Virus record (IMG/VR): IMGVR_UViG_3300027704_000008
Location: 64,001 to 128,000 of that record
Reading direction: 5' to 3' (one strand)
Length of the DNA: 64,000 nucleotides
Source: a virus
This document shows positions 38,747 through 47,049 of this stretch, piece after piece; position 1 is the stretch's first letter; the number at the start of each line of letters is the position of its first letter. The notes below the pieces were generated by a model, which saw nothing but the letters and a program-made list of their open reading frames with translations, made no database searches and had not been told where the DNA came from. A program made the position numbers and the translations under genes.

Positions 38747-39356
38747 AGGATTTATCAGTGAACAACGCCTCGACGAGCGATATGTTAATGCCATTGGTGA
38801 TAGAGACATTGATCTCAAGAATCAATACAAACAGCAGGTGTGGGATCTATTGCAATCATCTTATGCTAAGAACGGTGGGTTGATCGGAAACGGTTTCCAG
38901 TCTATGGAAACCATGGTACAGAAGATTCCCATGTGGAAGATGGTCATCAATAATGGCAAAGTTGAAGCGGTGGTGTTATATAAGGATAAGGGCGGTCGCA
39001 AGTCAGTAGCAATGGGCAGCACTCAAACGCCTTATGCTAGAAAAGCCATATCGAATTTATTCCCAGCAGAACTCCAACGGTCATATGGCGAGAAGTCCAA
39101 GAGTGCGCTTGGAGCGTTAATGAAGATAGTGCCTTGGAGCGTCTTAGAACCATATGTACAGACTCCAGCGCAGGTGAAGAAAGTGTCCAAGGATAGTATT
39201 ACCTCGTTAAAAGATTTTAAAGGAACGTTGCCCGATGATGCCAAGGCAACGATATCTAAGTTTCCAGTACTCCTCCCTTATGGATATTTTAGGGAGATTG
39301 GTGGCAAGCTATCGTTTAAAGTAATGATCGGTACACCAGGCAAGACAATTAAATAA
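38733..39356 (+). CDS. Hypothetical protein, possible capsid-internal protein
   Basis: MLTLKGFISE N-terminus resembles the T4 capsid-targeting sequence. Confidence 0.55.
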   Translation: MLTLKGFISEQRLDERYVNAIGDRDIDLKNQYKQQVWDLLQSSYAKNGGLIGNGFQSMETMVQKIPMWKMVINNGKVEAVVLYKDKGGRKSVAMGSTQTPYARKAISNLFPAELQRSYGEKSKSALGALMKIVPWSVLEPYVQTPAQVKKVSKDSITSLKDFKGTLPDDAKATISKFPVLLPYGYFREIGGKLSFKVMIGTPGKTIK

Positions 39357-39370
39357 TGGGAGAATGTGTG

Positions 39371-39526
39371 ATGAGTGATATTTTTACAATAATAGTGTTG
39401 GCTATATGGATATCCGGCATTGTAATAGCGCAAGGATTCCTAAGTACGTTCTTTGCTGTTATAATTCCATTCTGGGCGTGGTACCTAGTTGCCGAGAGGG
39501 TACTAACCACATACGGGTTGATATAA
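39371..39526 (+). CDS. Small membrane protein (MSDIFTIIVLAIWISGIVIAQGF..PFWAWYLV)
   Basis: Hydrophobic 51-aa ORF translated by eye, coupled to denV. Confidence 0.55.
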   Translation: MSDIFTIIVLAIWISGIVIAQGFLSTFFAVIIPFWAWYLVAERVLTTYGLI

Positions 39527-39939
39527 TGACTAGAATCAATATAATACCAACCCAAGAGTTAGCTGACCAACACCTCGTGGCGGAGTATAGAGAGATGTTT
39601 ATGGTTGGGTCATCTCTGCAACGATCTTTGAAGTCTCCTAATTGGGAAAAGAATAAGAAGACGTGGCCAGAAATGTTTACCCTAAATAGAGGGCACGTTA
39701 AGTTCTTCTATAATAAGGGAATGTATCTACACAAGAGATATGAACAACTTATTACAGAAATGAAGAGCAGGGGAATGAACCCAGACCCCACCAGAGTGTT
39801 TAAAAGACACCAGTGGCCAGACGACTTATATAATGATTGGACGCCCACCGCACCAGAGCAAGATATTGTGCGAGAAAGAATAAGGGAACGAATAGCCATC
39901 AAGCCCACGTGGTATAGATGGACATCTCCTGTCACGTAA
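39526..39939 (+). CDS. denV: Pyrimidine-dimer DNA glycosylase / endonuclease V
   Basis: MTRIN....LADQHLVAEYRE, F.L..GHVKFFYNK, RI..KP.WYR. Confidence 0.95.
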   Translation: MTRINIIPTQELADQHLVAEYREMFMVGSSLQRSLKSPNWEKNKKTWPEMFTLNRGHVKFFYNKGMYLHKRYEQLITEMKSRGMNPDPTRVFKRHQWPDDLYNDWTPTAPEQDIVRERIRERIAIKPTWYRWTSPVT

Positions 39940-39962
39940 CAGATAATTAAAGGAATACCAAA

Positions 39963-40943
39963 ATGGCCTGGCTGTTAATACCAAACAACCGCGGTTGGCA
40001 GTATGATAATGCTCCTGCTGATCCTGGTGCAAACAGTCCATACCGACCACTGTGGGAAAAACAAACTGCGGGAGTGCGAACTAACAGTGACGGAACTCAA
40101 GTTTACACTAAAGTCCGCAAGTACGGAAGCACCGTCGATACTGCAGGCGAGATAGCTAGGACATTCTGGAATGTTAAGGGAAACGACCAAAAGTTTCAGA
40201 TGGAGGTGTTGATACCATCTGGCGGAGCAACCTTCACAATACCTTGTCAGGATGTCGGGGTATTTGATGCCACAATTGATTGGGGTGATGGCACAACAAC
40301 AACCACTACTACCTATAACGGGGCTGGACTAGCTCATGCCTATGCTGCTGGCACTTATAAGATAATGATCAGTGGCATTTTCCCGAATATACATTTTAAT
40401 AACGCTGGTGATAAACTCCGTGTAACAAAGGTGCTGAACTTAGGTCATGTTGGTTGGACAAGTTTTTTATCTGCCTTTTATGGATGCGTCAATTTAACTC
40501 AATTTTCAGCTGGTTCTTCAGATACATCAAATGTTACAACATTCGCAGCTGCCTTAGCCGGGTGTACTGGATTTACCACAGGTCATGATGTGGGATTCGA
40601 TACATCATCAGCACAAAGGTTTGATAATTTCTTTTTGTCAAGCACATTTACCGATCTCGATGGAATACAGAATTGGGACATTACTAGTCTAACTACGAGT
40701 CCAGCAAATAATCTGAAAGCATTTATGACCAACGGTGCCAAACTGTCGACATCAACATACGATGAGCTGCTAGTCAATTGGGAAGGGCAAGACCCCACAA
40801 ATACAAACAACATGGGTAATGTTAAGTTTGGTTTGAGTACGTTTACTTCAGGTAGCGCAGCAGAAACTGCTAAAGGTGTTCTTACCACCTCAGTCGCAGA
40901 GGGCGGATATGGTTGGGTTATCACCGATGGGGGTGCAGTATGA
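39963..40943 (+). CDS. PKD + BspA/DUF285-like repeat protein, copy 1
   Basis: IDWGDG, H.Y..GTY, AFYGC.NL, DTSNVT, NWD, C-terminal GW.ITDGG. Confidence 0.7.
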   Translation: MAWLLIPNNRGWQYDNAPADPGANSPYRPLWEKQTAGVRTNSDGTQVYTKVRKYGSTVDTAGEIARTFWNVKGNDQKFQMEVLIPSGGATFTIPCQDVGVFDATIDWGDGTTTTTTTYNGAGLAHAYAAGTYKIMISGIFPNIHFNNAGDKLRVTKVLNLGHVGWTSFLSAFYGCVNLTQFSAGSSDTSNVTTFAAALAGCTGFTTGHDVGFDTSSAQRFDNFFLSSTFTDLDGIQNWDITSLTTSPANNLKAFMTNGAKLSTSTYDELLVNWEGQDPTNTNNMGNVKFGLSTFTSGSAAETAKGVLTTSVAEGGYGWVITDGGAV

Positions 40944-41134
40944 TAACAAGAACTTCAGGATTTGGAATTATAGGAAAATGGGCATATTTTGCAGATAGTG
41001 ATACTCCTGCGGGTATGTGCGTTTCCTATGCTGACGATACATATGTCCAAGAGTTTGCTAGTAAAGAACTTTTGATGGATGCTCACAAAGAGCAGTTTCC
41101 AGACGAACACAGAGAACAGTTTCCAGAAGAGTAG
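40940..41134 (+). CDS. Small partner protein, copy 1
   Basis: ATGA overlap; VQEFAS.EL...AHKEQFPDEHR. Confidence 0.65.
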   Translation: MITRTSGFGIIGKWAYFADSDTPAGMCVSYADDTYVQEFASKELLMDAHKEQFPDEHREQFPEE

Positions 41135-41248
41135 ACTGATTAAAGGAATATATAATTTTTAAAATAGCTACAGCAGAACTTATAGGAAAGCATCTATCTC
41201 AGGTTGAATCTTGGTTAGATAGTATTTCCCCCGAAGATTACACAGGAT
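41048..41248 (+). repeat. ~200-bp degenerate direct repeat (second copy ~42400-42600)
   Basis: CAAGAGTTTGC..GCTCACAAAGAGCAGTTTCCAGACGAACACAGA..CTACAGCAGAACT.ATAGGAA.GCATCT.TCTCAGGTTGAATCTTGGTT.GATAGTATTTCCCC present twice. Confidence 0.85.
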
Positions 41249-41257
41249 ATAAATCAA

Positions 41258-42304
41258 ATGGCATGGAAAGGTATTCCTAACAATCCCCATTGGCAGTACG
41301 ATGATGCTCCAGCAGACCCTGGAGCAAACAGTCCATATAGACCTCTGTGGTTAAAACAAACTGAGGGAATTCGAACGAACAGTGGCGGAAACGAAGTTTA
41401 CACGAAAGTTCGCAAGGTTGGAATCACCGTCGATACTATGGGTGAGCTGAGTAAAACATTCTGGGACGCTCAAGGTGATGAGGTGTTAGGCACAGACGCA
41501 TTTGAACTGCTAATAGAAACCAATGCTGGTAACAAGTCCATGGTGCTGGGCGGCCGCAGTGGATACACTTACAACGCAGTAGTTGATTGGGGCGATGGTA
41601 CCAGTACAACATCTGTAACTCACCATGCTGATGCCGTTCACACTTATGTTACCGCAGGTGAGTATACTATTTCTGTCACAGGTACTTTCCCTGCTATTAA
41701 AATGTACAATGAACCATCAGCAGCATACATCAGGAAAGTATCGAATCTTGGAAAGGTTGGATGGAAAAGTTTTAGGAACGGTTTCTATGCGTGTACTGGT
41801 ATGACCGAATTTACCATGGGAAATACTGATACATCTGGTGTTACAGAAACACAAAATATGTTTCGTGGGTGCTCGGGACTCGTAGGCACCCTCGACCTGA
41901 CCAGTATGATAGGTTCGAATTGTGTCAACACTACCGCTATGATTAGAGAGTGTTCTTCTGTAACGTCCGTGGTTTTTACTGGATGGGACACATCTTCACT
42001 TCCGAGATTTAAAGATATGATGCACAACTGTACTGCGCTAGTGAACGTAACAGGAATAGAAGATTGGAATATTACGGGGGTGAACGTGGCAGATGCCTTT
42101 AGTCAGATACTCACAAACGGTAGAATGACAACAGCACAGTACGATGCCCTGTTGGTTAATTGGGATGCCCAGAGTCCCCTTCCGCAAACCGGAGGGACAT
42201 CGCGATTCGGAAACTCAACATATACATCCGGTAGTGCAGCAGAGACTTCTAGGACCAATCTAATAAATGAGGGTTGGACAATCTCGGATGGGGGTAGTGT
42301 ATGA
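41258..42304 (+). CDS. PKD + BspA/DUF285-like repeat protein, copy 2
   Basis: Paralog of 39963; VDWGDG, MFRGCS, WDTSS, GW.ISDGG. Confidence 0.7.
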   Translation: MAWKGIPNNPHWQYDDAPADPGANSPYRPLWLKQTEGIRTNSGGNEVYTKVRKVGITVDTMGELSKTFWDAQGDEVLGTDAFELLIETNAGNKSMVLGGRSGYTYNAVVDWGDGTSTTSVTHHADAVHTYVTAGEYTISVTGTFPAIKMYNEPSAAYIRKVSNLGKVGWKSFRNGFYACTGMTEFTMGNTDTSGVTETQNMFRGCSGLVGTLDLTSMIGSNCVNTTAMIRECSSVTSVVFTGWDTSSLPRFKDMMHNCTALVNVTGIEDWNITGVNVADAFSQILTNGRMTTAQYDALLVNWDAQSPLPQTGGTSRFGNSTYTSGSAAETSRTNLINEGWTISDGGSV

Positions 42305-42495
42305 TAATCACACAGGAGAACGGGTACTGGATTATAAACAGCGGAACAATTGCGTTAGACGAAAATATAGTTGTTTCCTACCGTGACGATGCTATTGTGC
42401 AAGAGTTTGCCAGTGAGGAACTTATGCTGGCTGCTCACAAAGAGCAGTTTCCAGACGAACACAGAAAACAGTTTCCCGAAGAGTACACCGATTAA
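42301..42495 (+). CDS. Small partner protein, copy 2
   Basis: Paralog of 40940; ATGA overlap. Confidence 0.65.
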   Translation: MIITQENGYWIINSGTIALDENIVVSYRDDAIVQEFASEELMLAAHKEQFPDEHRKQFPEEYTD

Positions 42496-42567
42496 AAGGA
42501 AGATAGGATTTTTATAATACCTACAGCAGAACTCATAGGAAGGCATCTCTCTCAGGTTGAATCTTGG

Positions 42568-42900
42568 TTGGATAGTATTTCCCCAGAATATTATACAGGA
42601 TTAGAAATAGCATTACATCTGAAATCTAAAAAAGTTGAAATGTATTTTGTATATTCAGACTCAGACAATAGTCTGATGGGAATAGTAATAGTCTCCAATG
42701 AATATGATAATACTCTAGTCGTCGTAGGTGCTGCCGGAAATGTTGATAATGAATGGGAAATGTTAGATAAAGACTACACACAACTAGCGAAGTCGAAAGG
42801 ATGTACATCTTACGAGTTTCGAGCACGTAGAGGATTTTTGCGAACATTTAAAAAATATGGAATAGTTGAGAAGTACACGGTCATGCGTAAAACATTTTGA
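42568..42900 (+). CDS. GNAT-like protein (frame open back to ~42496)
   Basis: LVVVGAAG, AKSKGC..YEF.ARRGF pattern of phage acetyltransferase-like proteins. Confidence 0.5.
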   Translation: MDSISPEYYTGLEIALHLKSKKVEMYFVYSDSDNSLMGIVIVSNEYDNTLVVVGAAGNVDNEWEMLDKDYTQLAKSKGCTSYEFRARRGFLRTFKKYGIVEKYTVMRKTF

Positions 42901-43250
42901 CGCGCAACCAACATCTCACCAAATTGGTGCGAGCACGTATACAAACAGTAATAACGGCGGTATCACATATGGAGGCACCGCATAAAGAATTCGTTGACGT
43001 AACATTGAGGCTAGGCAAACACTGGGGTTCGAAACCCCACGCTTCCACCTATAATCATTCCTAGAGTGTTTATAGGGGGAGCGATTTGGATTCGACTTGC
43101 TAGTAATAGGTGTTGCTAGAATAGGTGATGTAAGCTACCTTAAACGCGAACAAACAATATAAATGCAAATGATGCGTTTTATGGTGAGCAAGCTATAGCA
43201 GCTTAACCCACCTGAGGTTGTGGCCCTTCCTTATAATCCAATAGGGCTCC
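42901..43250 (+). ncRNA. ssrA: Circularly permuted (two-piece) tmRNA
   Basis: T-arm TGGGG-TTCGAAA-CCCCA plus 3' acceptor strand CGCTTCC-ACC (43023-43049) precedes the 5' strand GGGAGCG and GGATTCGAC (43077-43096); G3.U70 pair; tag frame 43165-43206 = ANDAFYGEQAIAA*; outer ends approximate. Confidence 0.9.
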
Positions 43251-43273
43251 TGTCAAATTAAACCCAGGAGCAT

Positions 43274-43726
43274 ATGATGAAAGTTAAAATAGGCAACTAT
43301 CCTAAGCATAGATTTTACCACAATTGGTTATATGCACTTGGCTGGACTAATGATGCTAAGGTCAGTGTCCGTATTGACCCTTGGGATACATGGTCAATGG
43401 ACTCCACCCTGGCGTACATCGTTGTGCCTATGCTACAACAACTTCGAGATACTACGCACGGAGCGCCTGTAGTATCTGACGATGACCGCCCCGAACATTT
43501 GATTGGTACTGTAGTGGATGCCAGCAAGGGAGATATTGATGAGTTTCACTTTGAAGCGTGGGACTGGGTACTAACCGAAATGTTGTTTGCTTTTGAGAGT
43601 AAGCACAGTGGTTGGGAAGGCGAGGACTGGGAAAGCGATGATTGGAGAAGAAGTGAAGCGTGGCAGCCGCGTATCACCAATGGCTTTCGTTTGTTTGGAA
43701 AGTATTACGAGAATTTATGGGATTAA
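43274..43726 (+). CDS. Conserved T4-like hypothetical protein
   Basis: IDPWDTWSMD.TLA.I..PML.QL...HG.P, WDWVL.EM.FAF, GF.LFGKYY.NLWD. Confidence 0.75.
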   Translation: MMKVKIGNYPKHRFYHNWLYALGWTNDAKVSVRIDPWDTWSMDSTLAYIVVPMLQQLRDTTHGAPVVSDDDRPEHLIGTVVDASKGDIDEFHFEAWDWVLTEMLFAFESKHSGWEGEDWESDDWRRSEAWQPRITNGFRLFGKYYENLWD

Positions 43727-43731
43727 ATATT

Positions 43732-44946
43732 ATGAATATCAGCAATGCAATGCTGGTTAGTATTATAGTTTTGTTAGGACTGTTAACAGGTTGCGGCGGT
43801 GGAGGAGGTGGTTCTGAGTCACCTCCATTAGAGGTAATACAACCTCCATTGGAGGTAATACAACCTCCTGTAGTTGTAGAACCTCCAGTGATCGTAGAGC
43901 CTCCAGTAGTTGTAGAACCTCCTGTAGTTGTAGAGCCTCCAGTGATAGAGATATCGCAGATGAGCAAACCTGAAGATTGTTTGACTGAAGCAACTGACAC
44001 AGGCAATGACATTTACGAGTACATGACGTGTGATGGCATCCTTGTGCGATCAGACATCGACTTTCCGTATGATCAATTCAATACCGAAATAGCTTTGATT
44101 GATATACTCGCAGTGGTAGACACTAAACTAGATGAAGAGCTCGATGGTGGAACTTACGAACAGTTCGCCCAGAGAGAAGTAGACCTTGCCAATAAGCTAT
44201 TTGAGGACTCGCAAGTATACATAATGCTTCGCTTGGTACACGTGCAGCTTGTCGAGGTCGCCGAGGGAGACCTGTATAAACAGATAAACAATTTTACTCA
44301 AAGCAAACGTGAATTCTCCGACCTAGATCAATGGCAGAAAGACGCAGGCGCAGATATAGCATTCTTGTTCAAGAAGATAGAACAAGAACCAATTGCATGT
44401 GGTGTAGCAATATACAACGATCTCACTCAACAATATAGGTATCGTAGAGGAGTGTCACAGTGTCACATCAACACAGTCTTTCAGCAAACTACGGTCACTC
44501 GATATTACGAACGTGCCCATGAAACATTTACTCACGAAATCGGTCACATCCTTGGCATGGACCACAACATCGAAGCAGCGGGTGCACCAAGCACATTATT
44601 TCCGTTCTCATATGGATACCTGATTCCTGGGTATGACCGAGACCTGAGCGATGAGTATAACGGATATGGTACAGTTATGAGTTATTCTGATTTAGCGACA
44701 GGACGATTCTCTGACCGCTCTGAACGATTTATCATACCAGAGACGGGAACATCTCAACGATTAGGAACAGATCGACAAAACTCTAACTATGTTGGGGGTG
44801 ATGCGATTCCAGCAACAGATGCAGTTGATCATCTCAATCGTGTGCGATACTACATGAGTCAACTACATGAGAACTTCAATGAACAGCAAGACGCCGCGGT
44901 TATGTTCAATGGCCTCCCACATACCTCCGCGCGCTGCTACTTCTAG
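43732..44946 (+). CDS. Lipoprotein zinc metallopeptidase (metzincin, M12/reprolysin-like) with Pro-rich linker
   Basis: Lipobox LTGC, Gly run, (V/I)VEPP repeats, HEIGHILGMDH, Met-turn TVMSY. Confidence 0.85.
   Translation: MNISNAMLVSIIVLLGLLTGCGGGGGGSESPPLEVIQPPLEVIQPPVVVEPPVIVEPPVVVEPPVVVEPPVIEISQMSKPEDCLTEATDTGNDIYEYMTCDGILVRSDIDFPYDQFNTEIALIDILAVVDTKLDEELDGGTYEQFAQREVDLANKLFEDSQVYIMLRLVHVQLVEVAEGDLYKQINNFTQSKREFSDLDQWQKDAGADIAFLFKKIEQEPIACGVAIYNDLTQQYRYRRGVSQCHINTVFQQTTVTRYYERAHETFTHEIGHILGMDHNIEAAGAPSTLFPFSYGYLIPGYDRDLSDEYNGYGTVMSYSDLATGRFSDRSERFIIPETGTSQRLGTDRQNSNYVGGDAIPATDAVDHLNRVRYYMSQLHENFNEQQDAAVMFNGLPHTSARCYF
43821..43945 (+). repeat. Tandem 18-21 bp coding repeats (PPLEVIQ x2, PPVVVE-type x4)
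   Basis: CCTCCATTxGAGGTAATACAA twice; CCTCCxGTAGTTGTAGAx repeated. Confidence 0.85.
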
Positions 44947-45009
44947 CCGCACGACGTCTATAAACACAGATAGTACAATCCCTCATAAAAAAGTAATTCC
45001 GGCTCTCCA

Positions 45010-45786
45010 TTGGTTGAACCGCAATATTGCATATATAATGGTATACTTTATCGGAATCACATTAGTATGCAACCCAAACTATGTCTATCAGCAACAGAAC
45101 CATTGCGCGCCGTTAAAGATGTCGCAAACCTGGCAACCAGAGCAAACCATCTATTAAATCAGCCAAACGGAAAAGGTGGAGTAATGGTGCTACCAGGTTT
45201 CTGTGGTGACGATCATTATAATATTCTATTCAGAGAGTATCTAATACATCTCGGGTATGATGTTATAGGATGGGGACAAGGACGTAACAGAGGCCACACA
45301 CATCTTAATCGCGAAGCACTATACGAACGAGTCACCGACCACTGCCACAAGACGGGATCCAGTATTACGTTAGTGGGACATTCCCTGGGAGGAATCTTTG
45401 CCAGGCACATCGCTCACATAATGCCAGACACTGTTAACCAGGTTATCACATTGGGATCTCCTTTTATGGTTCCAGTACATGATGATGGATTCAGTCCAGC
45501 TTCTCCAGTACGTGATGTATACCTCAAGCTCAATCCTGTAGCCGATGACGAAGAGATGTTATCCCTGGTTAGAGTACCACCACCTTGTCCTACGACAGCC
45601 ATCTATAGTAAGGGAGATGGAGTAGTGCGTTGGGACTTGACACTACAGCCAGGTGATGATCATAACGTACACAACATAGAGGTTGATGGAAGCCATATGG
45701 CGATGACACTCAATGCTGAGGTATGGCAACTGTGTGCGTCTAAGCTGCGTCAACATATGCCTCAGGCTTCCGTACAGGCGATCTAA
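45010..45786 (+). CDS. Alpha/beta hydrolase (lipase/esterase); true start possibly 45067
   Basis: LPGF, GHSLGG nucleophile elbow, ITLGSP, YSKGDGVV, SH. Confidence 0.85.
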   Translation: MVEPQYCIYNGILYRNHISMQPKLCLSATEPLRAVKDVANLATRANHLLNQPNGKGGVMVLPGFCGDDHYNILFREYLIHLGYDVIGWGQGRNRGHTHLNREALYERVTDHCHKTGSSITLVGHSLGGIFARHIAHIMPDTVNQVITLGSPFMVPVHDDGFSPASPVRDVYLKLNPVADDEEMLSLVRVPPPCPTTAIYSKGDGVVRWDLTLQPGDDHNVHNIEVDGSHMAMTLNAEVWQLCASKLRQHMPQASVQAI

Positions 45787-45857
45787 CGCCGGTAACTGCA
45801 CTACCCCTCATCCTTACCCCCCCAACCGTATTCCGCGTAGTAAATGCGCCGTATACG

Positions 45858-45989
45858 GTAACCCATTGATTTATAACGCAAACTGAGATAGTTACCGAAC
45901 TATGCGGGCTCCGTATAATGACCTGTTGTCTTCAGCCTGACAATCGTGGATAATGGCTACATTGAATGAAGAAATGGGGAAAGATTATG
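45858..45989 (+). repeat. Early promoter cassette family 1, copy A
   Basis: GTAACCCATTGATTT..GTTACCGAACTATGCGGG..CCGTATAATGACCTGTTGTCTTCAGCCTGACAATCGTGGATAATGGCTACATTGAAT. Confidence 0.9.
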
Positions 45990-46133
45990 AGTGATAACTG
46001 GTTAGTGAAGCAACAGCATGAGGATATCAAACTACTCACGGCTGAGAACAAGAGACTCGAAGCGAAAGTCAAACGGATGGAGAACTTCGTCAACGAGCTG
46101 ATCGAGATGATTGGAAAGCAATCGCAGAGATGA
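45987..46133 (+). CDS. Small coiled-coil protein (48 aa)
   Basis: First ORF after cassette A; translated by eye. Confidence 0.55.
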   Translation: MSDNWLVKQQHEDIKLLTAENKRLEAKVKRMENFVNELIEMIGKQSQR

Positions 46134-46176
46134 ATTCAGATATCATTGACAATCTCCGTAAAGAAACCAAAGGAAT

Positions 46177-46371
46177 ATGATTATGACAAACGAACAGATA
46201 GTGATAGAGCTCAAAGCAGTATGCGCCCTGATAACGCACGGTAAGGCAACCGGCCAGGATAAGGGCCGCTGGATGGAGAACCTTGTCAAAGAGCGACTCG
46301 CATTGCTTGATGCGTATAACCTCGAAGACACCGCTGCTGTTGATGCCTGGTGTGCAGAGCTGCTGAAGTAA
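46177..46371 (+). CDS. Hypothetical protein
   Basis: AAGGA RBS. Confidence 0.55.
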   Translation: MIMTNEQIVIELKAVCALITHGKATGQDKGRWMENLVKERLALLDAYNLEDTAAVDAWCAELLK

Positions 46372-46472
46372 TAACGCAACTATGCGGGATCCGTATAATG
46401 ACCTGTTGTCTTCAGCCTGACAATCATGGATAATGGGTACATTGAATAGGGAAAGCGGGGAAGAAAGTTATG
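46371..46472 (+). repeat. Early promoter cassette family 1, copy B (5'-truncated)
   Basis: AACTATGCGGGATCCGTATAATGACCTGTTGTCTTCAGCCTGACAATCATGGATAATGGGTACATTGAAT, nearly identical to copy A. Confidence 0.9.
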
Positions 46473-46616
46473 AAATGGTTTGAATGTTCTGGCGAGAAGG
46501 TTGAGATGATTTACCAACCCATTAAAGCAAAGAACGCTGAGTCTGCTGAGAAAAAGTTTCGCAAGATGTACTCCGGTGTTCTCAATGTAAGAGTCAAAGA
46601 ATTCGACAAAAGTTAA
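46470..46616 (+). CDS. Small basic protein (48 aa, MKWFECSGEK..)
   Basis: First ORF after cassette B; translated by eye. Confidence 0.55.
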   Translation: MKWFECSGEKVEMIYQPIKAKNAESAEKKFRKMYSGVLNVRVKEFDKS

Positions 46617-46637
46617 AATAGAAACCACCGTGGATAG

Positions 46638-46841
46638 ATGATTATGAATTTATTTGAATTGTATGCACTGATCAGAGAGTTTGCTTCTGACGATGAGAAT
46701 CAGCGACCCGAGGACGATTCAGTTATCTGGGACTTTGTTGCCGCTGACGTCCATATGGATGAGAGGTTCAAGGCGTCACAGTTTAATGCGAAAGATGTTG
46801 ACCTTGCTATGGATGACATATCTTCCAGATGGGGATACTAG
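46638..46841 (+). CDS. Hypothetical protein (WDFVAAD family)
   Basis: Paralog of the next ORF. Confidence 0.6.
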   Translation: MIMNLFELYALIREFASDDENQRPEDDSVIWDFVAADVHMDERFKASQFNAKDVDLAMDDISSRWGY

Positions 46842-46845
46842 TAAC

Positions 46846-47049
46846 ATGAATACAGAACAGTTATTAGACTTAGCATTAGACTTCGCCAAAGATCCAGTGA
46901 ACATCGAGAATGGTCTCGTGAACTGGGACTTCGTCGGTGCAGACATCTTCCTGTACACTCAAAGCAAAACAGACCCAGAGATGGTGGAGATAGCACTCGC
47001 TGCTGCTGCGTCACTCGTTGAACCCACACGTGGAATGGTGCAAATATAA
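46846..47049 (+). CDS. Hypothetical protein (WDFVGAD family)
   Basis: Paralog of the previous ORF; start refined to MNTEQ. Confidence 0.6.
   Translation: MNTEQLLDLALDFAKDPVNIENGLVNWDFVGADIFLYTQSKTDPEMVEIALAAAASLVEPTRGMVQI

Noticed and set aside
43021-43050. Stand-alone tRNA gene
   Set aside because: Only a T-arm and acceptor strand, with no anticodon arm; explained by the permuted tmRNA
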